DNA of 32,000 nt, taken from positions 6,540,001-6,572,000 of the forward strand of contig NZ_CP042911.1 of the NCBI RefSeq assembly GCF_008065095.1, in the 5' to 3' direction. Origin of the DNA: Gemmata obscuriglobus (GTDB taxonomy: Bacteria; Planctomycetota; Planctomycetia; Gemmatales; Gemmataceae). Positions 9,124-18,732 of the stretch are shown here, one piece after another (position 1 is the first letter of the stretch; each line of letters begins with the position of its first letter). The notes beneath the pieces were generated by a model that searched no databases, was not told where the DNA came from, and saw only the letters and a program-made list of their open reading frames with translations. A program made the position numbers and the translations under genes.

Positions 9124-9873
9124 ATGACGGAAGAGCAATGGCTGGTGGCAATGGACGCGGTACCGATGCTGGCATCCTTTTCAGAAGCGACGAGCGCACG
9201 AAAACTACGGTTGTTCGCCTGTGGTTGTTGCCGTCGCATTTTGTATCTGATTGCGGACTCGCGGTGCCAAATGGCTGTTGACGTGGCGGAGTGGTATGCA
9301 GATGGACAGCGGGACGATGTTCAACGGCTCGCGGCTAATGACGCCTCTTACAGCGTTTATGCCGGTATGTCTGAACCCGGTTCCGGTTTCTCCGACGCGG
9401 CCGTTGGGATGAGAAAGAGCAACTGGGAAGCTGCTCAGGCGGCAACGTACACCACGGTGACCTACACCGGTGGGCCGTGTGAAGCCGTTCGCGGGGCGCA
9501 GCTCGTGGCTTATCACGCTGCGGAAGCCGCTTCGCTTTCGGATTTCCCAGATCATCAGGCCGGAGCGATCGGCAACTATCTCAAGCGTGTGACGGGACTG
9601 AACGAGCGAGCTGGGCAGGCGGACCTTATGCGGTGCATCTTCGGCAACCCGTTCCGCCCTGTCTCCTTCTCTCCTTCCTGGCGCTCCGATAGTGCCGTGG
9701 CGCTCGCTTCCGGTATGTACGGGTCGCGGGATTTCAGCGCGATGCTGATCCTCGCCGATGCCCTTCAGGACGCCGGGTGCGACAGCCCCGAGGTACTTGA
9801 ACACTGCCGCGATCCGAAGTGCACGCATGTGCGCGGGTGTTGGGTGGTGGATCTGGTGCTGGGCAAGGAGTAG
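9124..9873 (+). CDS. Hypothetical protein of the planctomycete/myxobacterial paralogous family ending ...HVRGCWVVDLVLGKE
   Basis: ATG at 9124 (MTEEQWLVAMD...). Family hallmarks as I recall them: SARKLRLFACGCCRR near the N-terminus, LMRCIFGNPFRPVSF, ILADALQDAGCD, and the C-terminal HVRGCWVVDLVLGKE. No signal peptide. Confidence 0.75.
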   Translation: MTEEQWLVAMDAVPMLASFSEATSARKLRLFACGCCRRILYLIADSRCQMAVDVAEWYADGQRDDVQRLAANDASYSVYAGMSEPGSGFSDAAVGMRKSNWEAAQAATYTTVTYTGGPCEAVRGAQLVAYHAAEAASLSDFPDHQAGAIGNYLKRVTGLNERAGQADLMRCIFGNPFRPVSFSPSWRSDSAVALASGMYGSRDFSAMLILADALQDAGCDSPEVLEHCRDPKCTHVRGCWVVDLVLGKE

Positions 9874-9983
9874 TAACGAACGCCGGGGCGATCGAATCGG
9901 ATCAGCGCCCGTTACCGCGGCAGCGTTCTCCGCGCTGCATCTCCAGCCCCTGCGCCGCGGTCGCCCTTGGCAGGGGGCGGCGG

Positions 9984-11222
9984 TTAGCTCCCGGCTGGGC
10001 GCTCGCCGGTCGCGGGCGGCGCGGCGGGGCGCACTTTCAGCGTCGGGTTCATTCCGGACCGCCCCAGGCCGCTCCCGCCCGGCCCCGCGGCCCGGCGCCG
10101 CGCCAGCTTCAGCTTGGGCACCGGCACGTCGTGCTCGTCCTCAATGTCCCCCACGATCTCTTCCAGCACGTCTTCGAGCGTGATGAGCCCGAGCACCTTG
10201 CCGGCCTCGTCGCGCACCAGCGCCATCGGCCGGTGCGACTTGCGGAACAGCCGGAACGCGTTCGAGACCGACTCGCCGGGGTCGAGGAACGTGGCCGGGT
10301 ACAGCGCGTCCTCCAGCAGCACCACCCCCGACGTGCTGAACAGGAAGAACAGGTCCTTGGTGTTCACGATGCCGACGATCTTGTCGGTCGTCCCCTCGTA
10401 CACCGGCAGCCGGGTGTGCGCGCCCAGCCGGACGATCTCGAGCACCTTGTCGGGCGGGGTGGCCACGTCGAGCGCCGCCATCTTCTCGACCGGCACCATG
10501 CAGTCGCGCACCACCTTGTCGGCCAGCCCGAACACGCCCCGCACCATGTCCGCGGCGTCGGAGTCGAGCTCGCCCGCCTCCTCGCTGTCCTCCACGAGGA
10601 GGCGCAGCTCGTTGACCGTGTGGACCTCCCCCTCTTCGGCGTCCTCCCGGTACCCGAGGCGGCGCAGGAACCACGCGCTGGACCCGTTCATCAGTTTGAT
10701 GAGCGGCGCCGTGACCGCGCCGAACAGGTACACGGGCCGCGCCACCCACAGCCCGACCGCCTCGCTCGACTGGAGCGCCGCCAGCTTCGGCATCTGCTCC
10801 CCGAACACGACGTGCATATAGGTGATGAGCGACAGCGTCAGGGCGATCGAGAGCACCCGGCCCCACTCGGCGGGCAGGTCCGCCATGAGCGGGTGGATGA
10901 GGCGGTGGATCGCCGGCTCGCTGACGAACCCGAGGGCCAAGCTGGCCACCGTGATGCCGAGCTGGCACGCGGCCACGCTCCGGTTCAGGTCGTTGACCGC
11001 CGCGAGCAGCCCGGCGGCCCCGACCTTCCCCTGGTTCACAAGTTCTTCGACGCGGGTTTTGCGGACCGCGACGAGCGCGAACTCGGCCGCGACGAAGAAC
11101 CCGTTGATTGCGACCAGCACCGGAATCGCCGCCAGTCCGACAATTAACAGCGGCGTACTCAGTTCGCCCCCGGCGGGGTCGGTCGCCAGGAGTGTGAGCG
11201 ACTCTGCGGAGCTTGCAGCCAC
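9984..11222 (-). CDS. CNNM/DUF21 transmembrane plus CBS-pair protein (TlyC/CorC-like), lacking the CorC_HlyC C-terminal domain
   Basis: DUF21-type start LAAIPVLVAINGFFVAAEFALVAVRKTRVEEL. CBS region ends in ITLEDVLEEIVGDIEDEHD. The remaining ~45 aa are Pro/Gly/Arg-rich rather than a CorC_HlyC domain. GTG start at 11222. Confidence 0.85.
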   Translation of the reverse strand: MAASSAESLTLLATDPAGGELSTPLLIVGLAAIPVLVAINGFFVAAEFALVAVRKTRVEELVNQGKVGAAGLLAAVNDLNRSVAACQLGITVASLALGFVSEPAIHRLIHPLMADLPAEWGRVLSIALTLSLITYMHVVFGEQMPKLAALQSSEAVGLWVARPVYLFGAVTAPLIKLMNGSSAWFLRRLGYREDAEEGEVHTVNELRLLVEDSEEAGELDSDAADMVRGVFGLADKVVRDCMVPVEKMAALDVATPPDKVLEIVRLGAHTRLPVYEGTTDKIVGIVNTKDLFFLFSTSGVVLLEDALYPATFLDPGESVSNAFRLFRKSHRPMALVRDEAGKVLGLITLEDVLEEIVGDIEDEHDVPVPKLKLARRRAAGPGGSGLGRSGMNPTLKVRPAAPPATGERPAGS

Positions 11223-11392
11223 GTGAACAGTTCCTTATCGGGCGAATCCCCGCACAGAGCGGGGGGCGCCGCTCATTCTAGCACCCGGAGCCCGGCGCGC
11301 GGACGGGAGCGGCCCCGACCACTGGCATAGGCGCGGGCCGCACGACCCGCGTAAACTACTCACGAAACGCGCCGCCGGAGGAACCGCCGCAC

Positions 11393-12661
11393 TTGACGAC
11401 CAGCTCGCACGACGCACTGTACCGCGCCATCTGCGCGCACCCGGACGAGGACACCCCCCGTCTGGCGTTCGCCGACCTGCTCGACGAGGACGGCGAGCAC
11501 CGGCGCGCCGCGTTCGTGCGCACGCAGGTGGAACTGGCCAGGCTCCCCGCCTACGACCCGGTGTGCGTGACGGCCCGCCAGCGCGACCCGGACGCGCTGA
11601 CCGGGTGGTGCATGGCGCACACCCTGCCGAAGGGGCTGCCCGCGGGGTGCGAGTGGCGCCAGTTCGAGTTCCGCCGCGGGTTCCCGTGGAAGGTGGGGGT
11701 GCGGTCGCTCGCGGCGCTGCTCGAAACCGGCGACGCGCTGTTCCGGGTCGCCCCGATCCGCGCGCTCGGCGTCGACTCGCGCGACCGCCCCGACCTCGCC
11801 GCCCTGGCGGACTGGCCGCACCTGACCCGGCTGCACCGGCTCAACTTCTCCACCGGCTGGTTCGGCGCCGACGACGTGGCCCAGTTCGCGCGGTCCCCGC
11901 ACGCCGCCGGCATCACCGAGCTGGGGTTCGAGTTCGAGAGCCTGGCGCCCGAAGGGCTCGGCGCGCTGGCCGAGTCGGCACTGTTCGCCCGGCTCACCGC
12001 CCTCGAACTGAGCGCCAACGCGTTCCCCGCGGCGCTCCTGGTCGACGCGCTGGGGGGCGCCCGCCGCGCGGGCGCGCTGTCGCGGCTCGGGCTGCCGAAC
12101 AACCGGATCGGCGCGGCCGACGCCGAGGCGCTCTTCGGGCTCCCCGCGGTCCGCGAGCTTCAGCACCTCGACCTGAGCGACAACCCGCTCGCCGCGGACG
12201 GCCTGACCGCGCTGGCCGCGAGCGGAATCGTTCGCGGGCTCCGGACCCTGAACCTCAGTCGGACCCGCCCCGGCGTGCTCGGGGTCAAGGCCCTGACCGA
12301 GGCCGGCGGGCTGGCCGGGCTACGGCAGCTCGACCTGTCGAACAACGCGCTCGGGCCGAACGCGGTGAAGGCGCTCGCGGGCGCCCCTGCGCTCCGCGGG
12401 CTGCGGGCACTGAACCTATCGAACAACCACGTGCGCGACTCCGGGGCCGCCGATCTGGCCGGGGCGCGTGCCCTCGCCGGGTTGCTCGAACTGGACCTCT
12501 GCGAAACCGACATCGGCGACGCCGGGGCGCTGGCGCTGGCCGAATCCCCATACCTGGGCGGGCTGTTGCGGCTGGACCTCAGTACCCGCAGCGGGCGCCC
12601 CTTCGGCGCCGCCGCACAGGCCGCGCTACGGGAGCGGTTCGGCGACCGCGTCAACTGGTAG
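11393..12661 (+). CDS. TIGR02996 (repeat-companion) domain plus RNI-like leucine-rich-repeat protein (paralog 1)
   Basis: N-terminus DALYRAICAHPDEDTPRLAFADLLDEDGE...AAFVRTQVELARL. RRGFPW motif. About 28-aa LRRs (LRTLNLSRT.., LRQLDLSNNALG.., LRALNLSNNHV.., LLELDLCETDIGD..). Tail LRERFGDRVNW. A TTG start at 11393 is inferred because the domain begins within a few codons. Confidence 0.85.
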   Translation: MTTSSHDALYRAICAHPDEDTPRLAFADLLDEDGEHRRAAFVRTQVELARLPAYDPVCVTARQRDPDALTGWCMAHTLPKGLPAGCEWRQFEFRRGFPWKVGVRSLAALLETGDALFRVAPIRALGVDSRDRPDLAALADWPHLTRLHRLNFSTGWFGADDVAQFARSPHAAGITELGFEFESLAPEGLGALAESALFARLTALELSANAFPAALLVDALGGARRAGALSRLGLPNNRIGAADAEALFGLPAVRELQHLDLSDNPLAADGLTALAASGIVRGLRTLNLSRTRPGVLGVKALTEAGGLAGLRQLDLSNNALGPNAVKALAGAPALRGLRALNLSNNHVRDSGAADLAGARALAGLLELDLCETDIGDAGALALAESPYLGGLLRLDLSTRSGRPFGAAAQAALRERFGDRVNW

Positions 12662-13003
12662 CGCCGGCAGAACCGCCCCCACCTGCGATAAAGGCGCGGT
12701 CGACCGGCGCACACATCTCCAACGCACTGCGACGACGCCGACTGGGTCGGTGGTGGCGTTCGCTGGCACAGGAGCTGGGCGCTCGCTACCGCGGAGCGGG
12801 GGTTCGGGCTGGGTAATCGCTACCCACGTGTCGCGCGTTTTTGGCCCGGTTCCCGGGTCGCGCATCCGAACCGGCCGGCACCCCCGAGCCGAAATTCGCA
12901 CCGGTAACACGCTCGCTGCCATCGGAATTACAGAGCCGCGCGGTGCGGCGGGTTGCTCCCGCCGAACGCCCCGCGCGGACCGGCGCCGGCTAAAATAACG
13001 CAA

Positions 13004-14248
13004 ATGAACGATCGCGACACACTTTACCGGGCCGTTCTCGAGAACCCCGACGACGACACGCTGCGGTTGGTGTACGCGGACGCGCTCGAGGAGGGGGGCG
13101 ATTCGCGGCGCGCGGCGTTCGTCCGCGCGCACGTGGAACTGGCCCGGGTGCCGGAGTACGAACCGGAAGCGGTTCAAGCCAAGTACCACAACCAGAAGAA
13201 GAAAGCCGACGGCGGGCGCTGGATCACAGAACTGCCGCCGCTGCCCGAGGGGCTGTCGTGGGCGCGAGACCCGTTCCGCCGCGGACTACCCGGGGCCATC
13301 CAGTCGCGAGACGGGGCCACGTTCGTCGCCCACGCCGACGACCTGTTCGCGCAGTACCCCATTGAGTCGCTGGAGTTAAAGGGGGCGCGGGTCGCGGACA
13401 TGGCCGAACTCGCCGCGTGCGGGTGGCTCGGTCGGCTGCGGTCACTGTCGCTGGTCGAAGGGGCAGGCGGACCGACGTTGCGACGGTTACTCGATTCAAA
13501 CCACTTTGACCGGCTCACCGAACTGCACCTGGGCGCACAACTGACGACTTCTCCAGCCATAACGGCGGTTGTGAGGAGCCGCGTGTTCGACCAGTTGACC
13601 GCCCTGAGCGTGCGCGAGGACCGGCAGGGCGGCGGGTCACTCGTTGGGGCGCTGGCGCGGCTCGCGAAGCCGCCGCGGCTCAAGAAGCTCGATTTGTCTT
13701 CGAACCGGGTTACCGATGCGGCGCTGGCCCCGCTACTGGCCTCAGCCGCGATGGAGACGGTCGAGGAACTGAACCTGAGCGACAACAACCTCGGCGCGGA
13801 AGGGATGGAGGCGCTCGCGGGTGCGACTCTGCCGAACCTGCGTTCGCTGAACCTGATCCGCACCCGTCCGACCGGCGCGGGCGTTTATGCGCTGACCGGG
13901 GCGAGCTTCTTTCCCGAGTTGCGGAGCCTCGGCCTCGGCGGGAACAACCTTCCGTCGGCCGCCGCCGAGCGACTGTCCCAGGCCGGCCGCACGAACCTGC
14001 GAATACTCGGCCTGGACGGGAACCGGCTCGGCGGGCGCGGCGCCGCGGCCCTCGCGGGCGGTGAGAACCTGTCCGGCTTGCTGGTGCTCGATCTGGCGGA
14101 AGTGGGAATCGATGATGACGGTGCCGACGCGCTCACCCAGAGCGCACGGCTGGGCGGGTTGCTGTACCTGAACCTGTACGGCAACACGCTGACGGCCACC
14201 GCCACCGCCCGGCTGCGGAAGCGGTTCGGCGACCGCGTGTTCCTCTGA
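13004..14248 (+). CDS. TIGR02996 domain plus leucine-rich-repeat protein (paralog 2)
   Basis: ATG at 13004: MNDRDTLYRAVLENPDDDTLRLVYADALEEGGDSRRAAFVRAHVELARV. FRRGLPG. LRRs (LKKLDLSSNRVTD, VEELNLSDNNLGAEG, LRSLNLIRT, LRILGLDGNRLG). Tail LRKRFGDRVFL. Confidence 0.88.
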   Translation: MNDRDTLYRAVLENPDDDTLRLVYADALEEGGDSRRAAFVRAHVELARVPEYEPEAVQAKYHNQKKKADGGRWITELPPLPEGLSWARDPFRRGLPGAIQSRDGATFVAHADDLFAQYPIESLELKGARVADMAELAACGWLGRLRSLSLVEGAGGPTLRRLLDSNHFDRLTELHLGAQLTTSPAITAVVRSRVFDQLTALSVREDRQGGGSLVGALARLAKPPRLKKLDLSSNRVTDAALAPLLASAAMETVEELNLSDNNLGAEGMEALAGATLPNLRSLNLIRTRPTGAGVYALTGASFFPELRSLGLGGNNLPSAAAERLSQAGRTNLRILGLDGNRLGGRGAAALAGGENLSGLLVLDLAEVGIDDDGADALTQSARLGGLLYLNLYGNTLTATATARLRKRFGDRVFL

Positions 14249-14250
14249 TG

Positions 14251-14282
14251 CCGGCCGCGCTGCGTCTCAGGCGCGCGACCGG
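14251..14282. terminator. Candidate shared hairpin between convergent genes
   Basis: CCGGCCGCGC (14251..14260) pairs with GCGCGACCGG (14273..14282) at 9/10 bp, with a 12-nt loop. It lies 3 nt after the plus-strand stop and overlaps the last codons of the minus-strand gene. No T-tract. Confidence 0.25.
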
Positions 14283-15733
14283 CCCCGCACCGCGGCCCAA
14301 AGCCGGGCGCTCGCCGCGCCGGCGGTGGCGGACTCATCCGGGTGTGCGGTTCGGGCCGCGCGCCAGCGGACAACGGCCCAGGTGAGCAACGACCCGCCGA
14401 ACACCGCCCAGTAACCGGGAACCAGTCGGACCCACCACGGCCCGACGAGCCACGCACTGACCGCGAGCCCGGCGCCCCACAGCGCGAGCGCGGCGAAGTC
14501 CGGCCGGTATTCCGGGCGCGCCTTCAGGACGACCGCCAGCGCCCAGAAGCCCGGCACCAGGAACGGCACGAACCAGCGGATCGACACGCACCCGCCGCCG
14601 AGGTTCTTCGAGAGGACGCCGTATGCCAGCCAGCCGGCCGCGCACCACCCGCACAGCGCCAGCAGTTCCGCGCGATCGGGGATCGCGGCCCCGCGGCGAA
14701 GGAAGACCCGGGCTCCGCCGATGACCGCCAGCAGCAGCGGCGGGTTGTGCGTCAGGAAGCCCTTTTTGCCGAACAGCAGGTCGAACAGGTACAGGAACTG
14801 GGCGAAAAAGTGCTTGTGCACCACTCCGGTCATGTTGGTCCCGAACGGGTTGCCGGGCCACGCGAGGTATTCCGGGTGCATGTTGAGCGGCTTCAGCCAG
14901 TCGCCGCCGATGGCGAAATTGATGGCGTGTCCGGCCACGACGCACGGCACGACTCCCAGCCCGCACACCACGACCGGCAGCGCCCGGCGGGTGCGCACCG
15001 CGACCGCCGCCAGAACCGCGAGGACCAGCGGCGGGCCGACGCCGAAGTCGAGGTTGTACGCGAACCCGGCGATGAGCCCGGCGCCAAGGAGTGCGAGCCA
15101 CGCCCTGCGCCCTTCGGCCGTGCGGTCGGCGATCCGGCACAGGAGCACGCACACCGCGGCCGCCGCGCCCAGTTGTGCGATGTGGTTGTTGGCGGAACGG
15201 GTGTACGCCGGCAGCACGGTGCCGAACGCGAACGCCGCGAGCCACGCGAGCCGCCACCCGGGAGACAGCCCGACCCGGGTTCCGAGTACCCACAGGCACC
15301 CGACCGCGAGCGCGTACCCGGTCCCGCTCAGGAGCACGCAGATGACCCAGGCGAACACGTCGGGGCGGTCGCCCGGGTGCGGAAGCCCGAGGGCCATCAG
15401 CCCGCGGTAAGCGACCGCGAGCGGAACGCTCACCAGCGGGGGCTTGTCCGAGTAGTACCGGCCGTCGATCAGCAGCTTGTCGCTGGTGCCGCGGCGCAAC
15501 AGCGCGTTGTCGGGGTCGTAGGGCGGGGTGCCGCGGTCGAAGTGCCCGGCCGGCGGGTGCAGGAACACGCTGTCGTCGATGCAGAACGTGCCGCGCTCGA
15601 TCAGCGACTCGACCGACGCGAGCCGGCTGCCGTCGTTCCACCCGGACGCGAACGGCCACGCGCTGAAGGCCGCGAACGCGAGCGCACACGCGCCCAGCAG
15701 CCACGGCGCCGCCCAGTGATCCGCCCGGCTCAT
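14267..15733 (-). CDS. ArnT/PMT-like GT-C-fold integral membrane glycosyltransferase
   Basis: About 12 hydrophobic segments. The first periplasmic loop carries DKLLIDGRYYSDKPPLVSV, which resembles the ArnT RYFEKPIAGYW / GT39-GT83 KPPL motif. Start placed at ATG 15733 (MSRADHW...); the upstream 64 codons of the track ORF look non-coding. Confidence 0.7.
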   Translation of the reverse strand: MSRADHWAAPWLLGACALAFAAFSAWPFASGWNDGSRLASVESLIERGTFCIDDSVFLHPPAGHFDRGTPPYDPDNALLRRGTSDKLLIDGRYYSDKPPLVSVPLAVAYRGLMALGLPHPGDRPDVFAWVICVLLSGTGYALAVGCLWVLGTRVGLSPGWRLAWLAAFAFGTVLPAYTRSANNHIAQLGAAAAVCVLLCRIADRTAEGRRAWLALLGAGLIAGFAYNLDFGVGPPLVLAVLAAVAVRTRRALPVVVCGLGVVPCVVAGHAINFAIGGDWLKPLNMHPEYLAWPGNPFGTNMTGVVHKHFFAQFLYLFDLLFGKKGFLTHNPPLLLAVIGGARVFLRRGAAIPDRAELLALCGWCAAGWLAYGVLSKNLGGGCVSIRWFVPFLVPGFWALAVVLKARPEYRPDFAALALWGAGLAVSAWLVGPWWVRLVPGYWAVFGGSLLTWAVVRWRAARTAHPDESATAGAASARLWAAVRGRSRA

Positions 15734-15951
15734 GTTTCCCGTCCCCGTGTGTGATCGGCCGGGGAACATAGCGAGAGGGGGCGGCCGACGCAACCGCGGC
15801 TGGCGGTCGGGGCGAAGAACGACGACGGTTGTGGTTGCCAGGTGGTTCGAGATTAGAGGGGCAAATGGTGCAACGCCGCACCAGATCGGGTAAATAGGAC
15901 GCCACGGCGTATCCCGCGCCTGCAACAGGGAACGAACGACAAGGACTCTCC

Positions 15952-17055
15952 ATGCGCAAGCTGCAAATGGCCATGTTGGCCACCGTCATCGTGTGCTCCG
16001 CTTCACCGGCCGCGCCGCCGGTGCGCAAGTTCGACGACCCGGGCGCCCCGCCGTTCAAGGTGTTGAAGGAGGGCGAACTCCCGCCGCTCGACGCCTACGA
16101 CAACTTCGTTATCGGGCCGAAGTACGTGCCCGCGCCGGAGCGCAAACGGGTCGAGGGCGTGCCCGAGGGGAAGGTGGAGCAGTTCGTGATCGATTCCAAG
16201 GAGACCAAGCTGTTCAACCCCGGGATCGCCCGGAAGGAGTTCGGGAAGGTCGATCCGAAGAACCCGAAGACGTTGATCGTCGAGACGCACCCCATCGACT
16301 ACAAGCGCAAGATCACGGTCTACATCCCCGCACAACATAAGGCCGGCGACGAGATGCCGTTCCAGGTCATTCACGACGGCCCCGGCGGGAAGCCGAGCGC
16401 GGAACTGCTGAACACCTTTAACAACCTGATCGCCCAGAAGCGGATCCCGCCGCTCGTCGTCATCTGGGTCGCCAACGGCGGCGGCGACGCCCAGGGGCAC
16501 GAGCGCGGCAAAGAGTACGACAACATGAACGGCGACTACGCCGAGTACATCGAGACCGAAGTGCTGCCGCGGGTCGAGAAGGGGTGCAAGGTGAAGCTGA
16601 CCAAGGACCCCGACGGGCGCGCCGCGATGGGCAACAGCTCCGGCGGCTCGGCCGCGCTCATCATGGCCTGGTTCCGCACCGACCTGTACCACCGCGTGCT
16701 CACGACCTCGGGCACGTTCGTGAACCAGGCGTGGCCGTTCGACCCCAAGTTCCCGGACGGGGCCTGGGGGTTCCACGAGACCCTCATCCCCAAGGAGCCC
16801 AAGAAGCCGATCCGGCTGTTCATCTCCGTCGGCGACCAGGACCTGCTCAACCCGAACGTAATGCGGGACGATATGCACGACTGGGTGGAAGCCAACCACC
16901 GGATGGCCAAGGTGCTGAAGGCCAAGGGGTACGAGTACCAGTACCTGTTCTGTCGCGGTGCGGGGCACAGCGTCGGCAATGCCCAGACGCAGTTCCTCCC
17001 GCACGCCATCGAGTGGGTGTGGAAGGGGTACGCTCCGAAGGACAAGTCGAAGTGA
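15952..17055 (+). CDS. Secreted esterase (esterase D / enterochelin-esterase-like alpha/beta hydrolase)
   Basis: Signal peptide MRKLQMAMLATVIVCSASPAAP. Nucleophile elbow GNSSGGSAAL. Family-like blocks YIPAQH, EVLPRVE, GAGHS near the C-terminus. Confidence 0.8.
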   Translation: MRKLQMAMLATVIVCSASPAAPPVRKFDDPGAPPFKVLKEGELPPLDAYDNFVIGPKYVPAPERKRVEGVPEGKVEQFVIDSKETKLFNPGIARKEFGKVDPKNPKTLIVETHPIDYKRKITVYIPAQHKAGDEMPFQVIHDGPGGKPSAELLNTFNNLIAQKRIPPLVVIWVANGGGDAQGHERGKEYDNMNGDYAEYIETEVLPRVEKGCKVKLTKDPDGRAAMGNSSGGSAALIMAWFRTDLYHRVLTTSGTFVNQAWPFDPKFPDGAWGFHETLIPKEPKKPIRLFISVGDQDLLNPNVMRDDMHDWVEANHRMAKVLKAKGYEYQYLFCRGAGHSVGNAQTQFLPHAIEWVWKGYAPKDKSK

Positions 17056-17180
17056 GCGGGCGCGCCCGCTCGTGGTGTGCGGAAGGAGTTTGACTTCCCC
17101 GCGCACCACGACTACCGTCAGGCTCCGGCCCGAGCCTTCACGCCACCCGCCGCATCGTGCCGGCGCCCGCGAGCAACATC

Positions 17181-18263
17181 ATGGCAGCACCCTCCCGACG
17201 CGACGCACTGACGCACCTCGGCACCGCGGCCGTCCTCGGCGGGACCGCCGCCGCCCGCGCGGACGCTCCCAAGGCCGGTGCGAAGCCGATCAAGATCGGG
17301 CAGATCGGGGTCGCCCACGCGCACGCCACCAAGCTGTCCGTGTACCGCGACTCACCGGACTACGAGGTGGTCGGGATCGTTGAGCCCGATGAGGCGCTGC
17401 GCAAGCGGGCCGAGAACACGCCCGCGTACCGCGGGTTGAAGTGGCTCACGCGCGAACAACTGCTGGCCACGCCGGGCCTCCAGGCGGTGCTGGTGGAGAC
17501 ACGCATCCGCGACCTGCTCGACAACGCCGAGGCGTGCGTGCGCGCCGGGATGCACGTCCACATCGACAAACCCGCCGGCGAGTCGCTCCCGCACCTGAAG
17601 CGCACCCTCGACGCCGCGACCAAACAGAAGCTCATGGTGCAAATGGGCTACATGTACCGCTACAACCCGGCGGTGGTGCTGCTCCGCGAGTTCCTCAAGA
17701 AGGGGTGGCTGGGCGAGGTGTTCGAGGTCCACGCGGTGATGAGTAAGGTGGTGCCGCCGGCCCAGCGGAAGGAGCACGCCGAGTACCCCGGCGGGATGAT
17801 GTTCGAGCTCGGCTGTCACGTGCTCGATCTGGTCGTCGGCGTGCTGGGCCGGCCGAACGAGGTCGCCGGGTTCCGCACGCACGCCGCCAAACTCGACGAC
17901 GGCCTGCTCGACAACATGTTAGCGGTGCTGAGCTACCCGCGGGCCATCGCCAGCGTGAAGTCCAGCGCGCTGGAGGTGGAGGGGGGCGACCGGCGGCACC
18001 TCGTCGTGTGCGGAACGGAGGGCACGTTCCACATTCAGCCGCTCGACAACCCGGCGGCGCGGGTGTCGCTGTCTCAGGCGCGCGACGGGTACAAGAAGGG
18101 CACGCAGGAGGTGACGTTCCCGAAGTACGCGCGGTACGTGGGCGACGCCGCGGACATGGCCCGCGTGATCCGCGGTGAGAAGCCGCACGACTTCCCGCCC
18201 GAACACGACCTGGCCGTGCAGGAGACGCTCCTCCGGGCGTGCGGGCTGTCACCGAAAAGCTGA
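17181..18263 (+). CDS. Tat-exported Gfo/Idh/MocA-family oxidoreductase
   Basis: Twin-arginine leader MAAPSRRDALTHLGTAAVLGGTAAARA. Rossmann start IKIGQIGVAHAH. EKP-like motif HIDKPAG. C-terminal Gfo/Idh/MocA-type domain. Confidence 0.85.
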   Translation: MAAPSRRDALTHLGTAAVLGGTAAARADAPKAGAKPIKIGQIGVAHAHATKLSVYRDSPDYEVVGIVEPDEALRKRAENTPAYRGLKWLTREQLLATPGLQAVLVETRIRDLLDNAEACVRAGMHVHIDKPAGESLPHLKRTLDAATKQKLMVQMGYMYRYNPAVVLLREFLKKGWLGEVFEVHAVMSKVVPPAQRKEHAEYPGGMMFELGCHVLDLVVGVLGRPNEVAGFRTHAAKLDDGLLDNMLAVLSYPRAIASVKSSALEVEGGDRRHLVVCGTEGTFHIQPLDNPAARVSLSQARDGYKKGTQEVTFPKYARYVGDAADMARVIRGEKPHDFPPEHDLAVQETLLRACGLSPKS

Positions 18264-18325
18264 CGCGCGGCCAGCACCGCAACGCGCCCCGCCGGCGCGC
18301 AGACGACCCCGCACCCGGGAACCGC

Positions 18326-18715
18326 ATGGCCATCTTGCTCGGCACGCACCACGTCGCGGTCATCTGCTCGGACTACGCGCGCTCGAAGCACTTCTACACC
18401 GAAGTGCTCGGGCTGGCGGTGGTGTCGGAGGTGTTCCGCGCGTCGCGCGGCTCGTACAAGCTCGACCTTCGGTTGCCGGACGGCACACAGGTTGAGCTGT
18501 TCAGCTTCCCGAACCCGCCGCCGCGGCCGAGCTACCCGGAGGCGTGCGGGCTGCGGCACCTGGCGCTTGTCGTCGCCGACCTCGCCGCCGCGGTCGCGCA
18601 CCTCGGGGCGCACGGCGTGAACGTGGAGCCGATCCGGGTGGACGAGTACACCGGGAAGCGGTTCACCTTCTTCGCCGATCCCGACGGGCTTCCGCTCGAA
18701 CTGTACGAACGATAG
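18326..18715 (+). CDS. VOC-family (glyoxalase/bleomycin-resistance fold) protein, YaeR-like
   Basis: HHVAVICSDYARSKHFYTEVLGL, GLRHLALVV, FFADPDGLPLELYE. ATG at 18326. Confidence 0.85.
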   Translation: MAILLGTHHVAVICSDYARSKHFYTEVLGLAVVSEVFRASRGSYKLDLRLPDGTQVELFSFPNPPPRPSYPEACGLRHLALVVADLAAAVAHLGAHGVNVEPIRVDEYTGKRFTFFADPDGLPLELYER

Positions 18716-18732
18716 CTCTCCCGGAGTCATTC

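Noticed and set aside
9984-11222. The missing CorC_HlyC domain of the CNNM/CBS protein as a sign of truncation or a pseudogene.
   Set aside because: The frame is intact to a normal stop. The DUF21 and CBS parts look complete, and DUF21-CBS proteins without the C-terminal domain exist as a normal architecture.
12662-13003. 342-bp gap between LRR paralogs 1 and 2, examined for a small RNA, a tRNA or a degraded fifth paralog.
   Set aside because: I found no cloverleaf-compatible arms and no TIGR02996-like peptide in any frame. Only weak short hairpins are present (for example CCGGTTC...GAACCGG). I cannot support a feature here.
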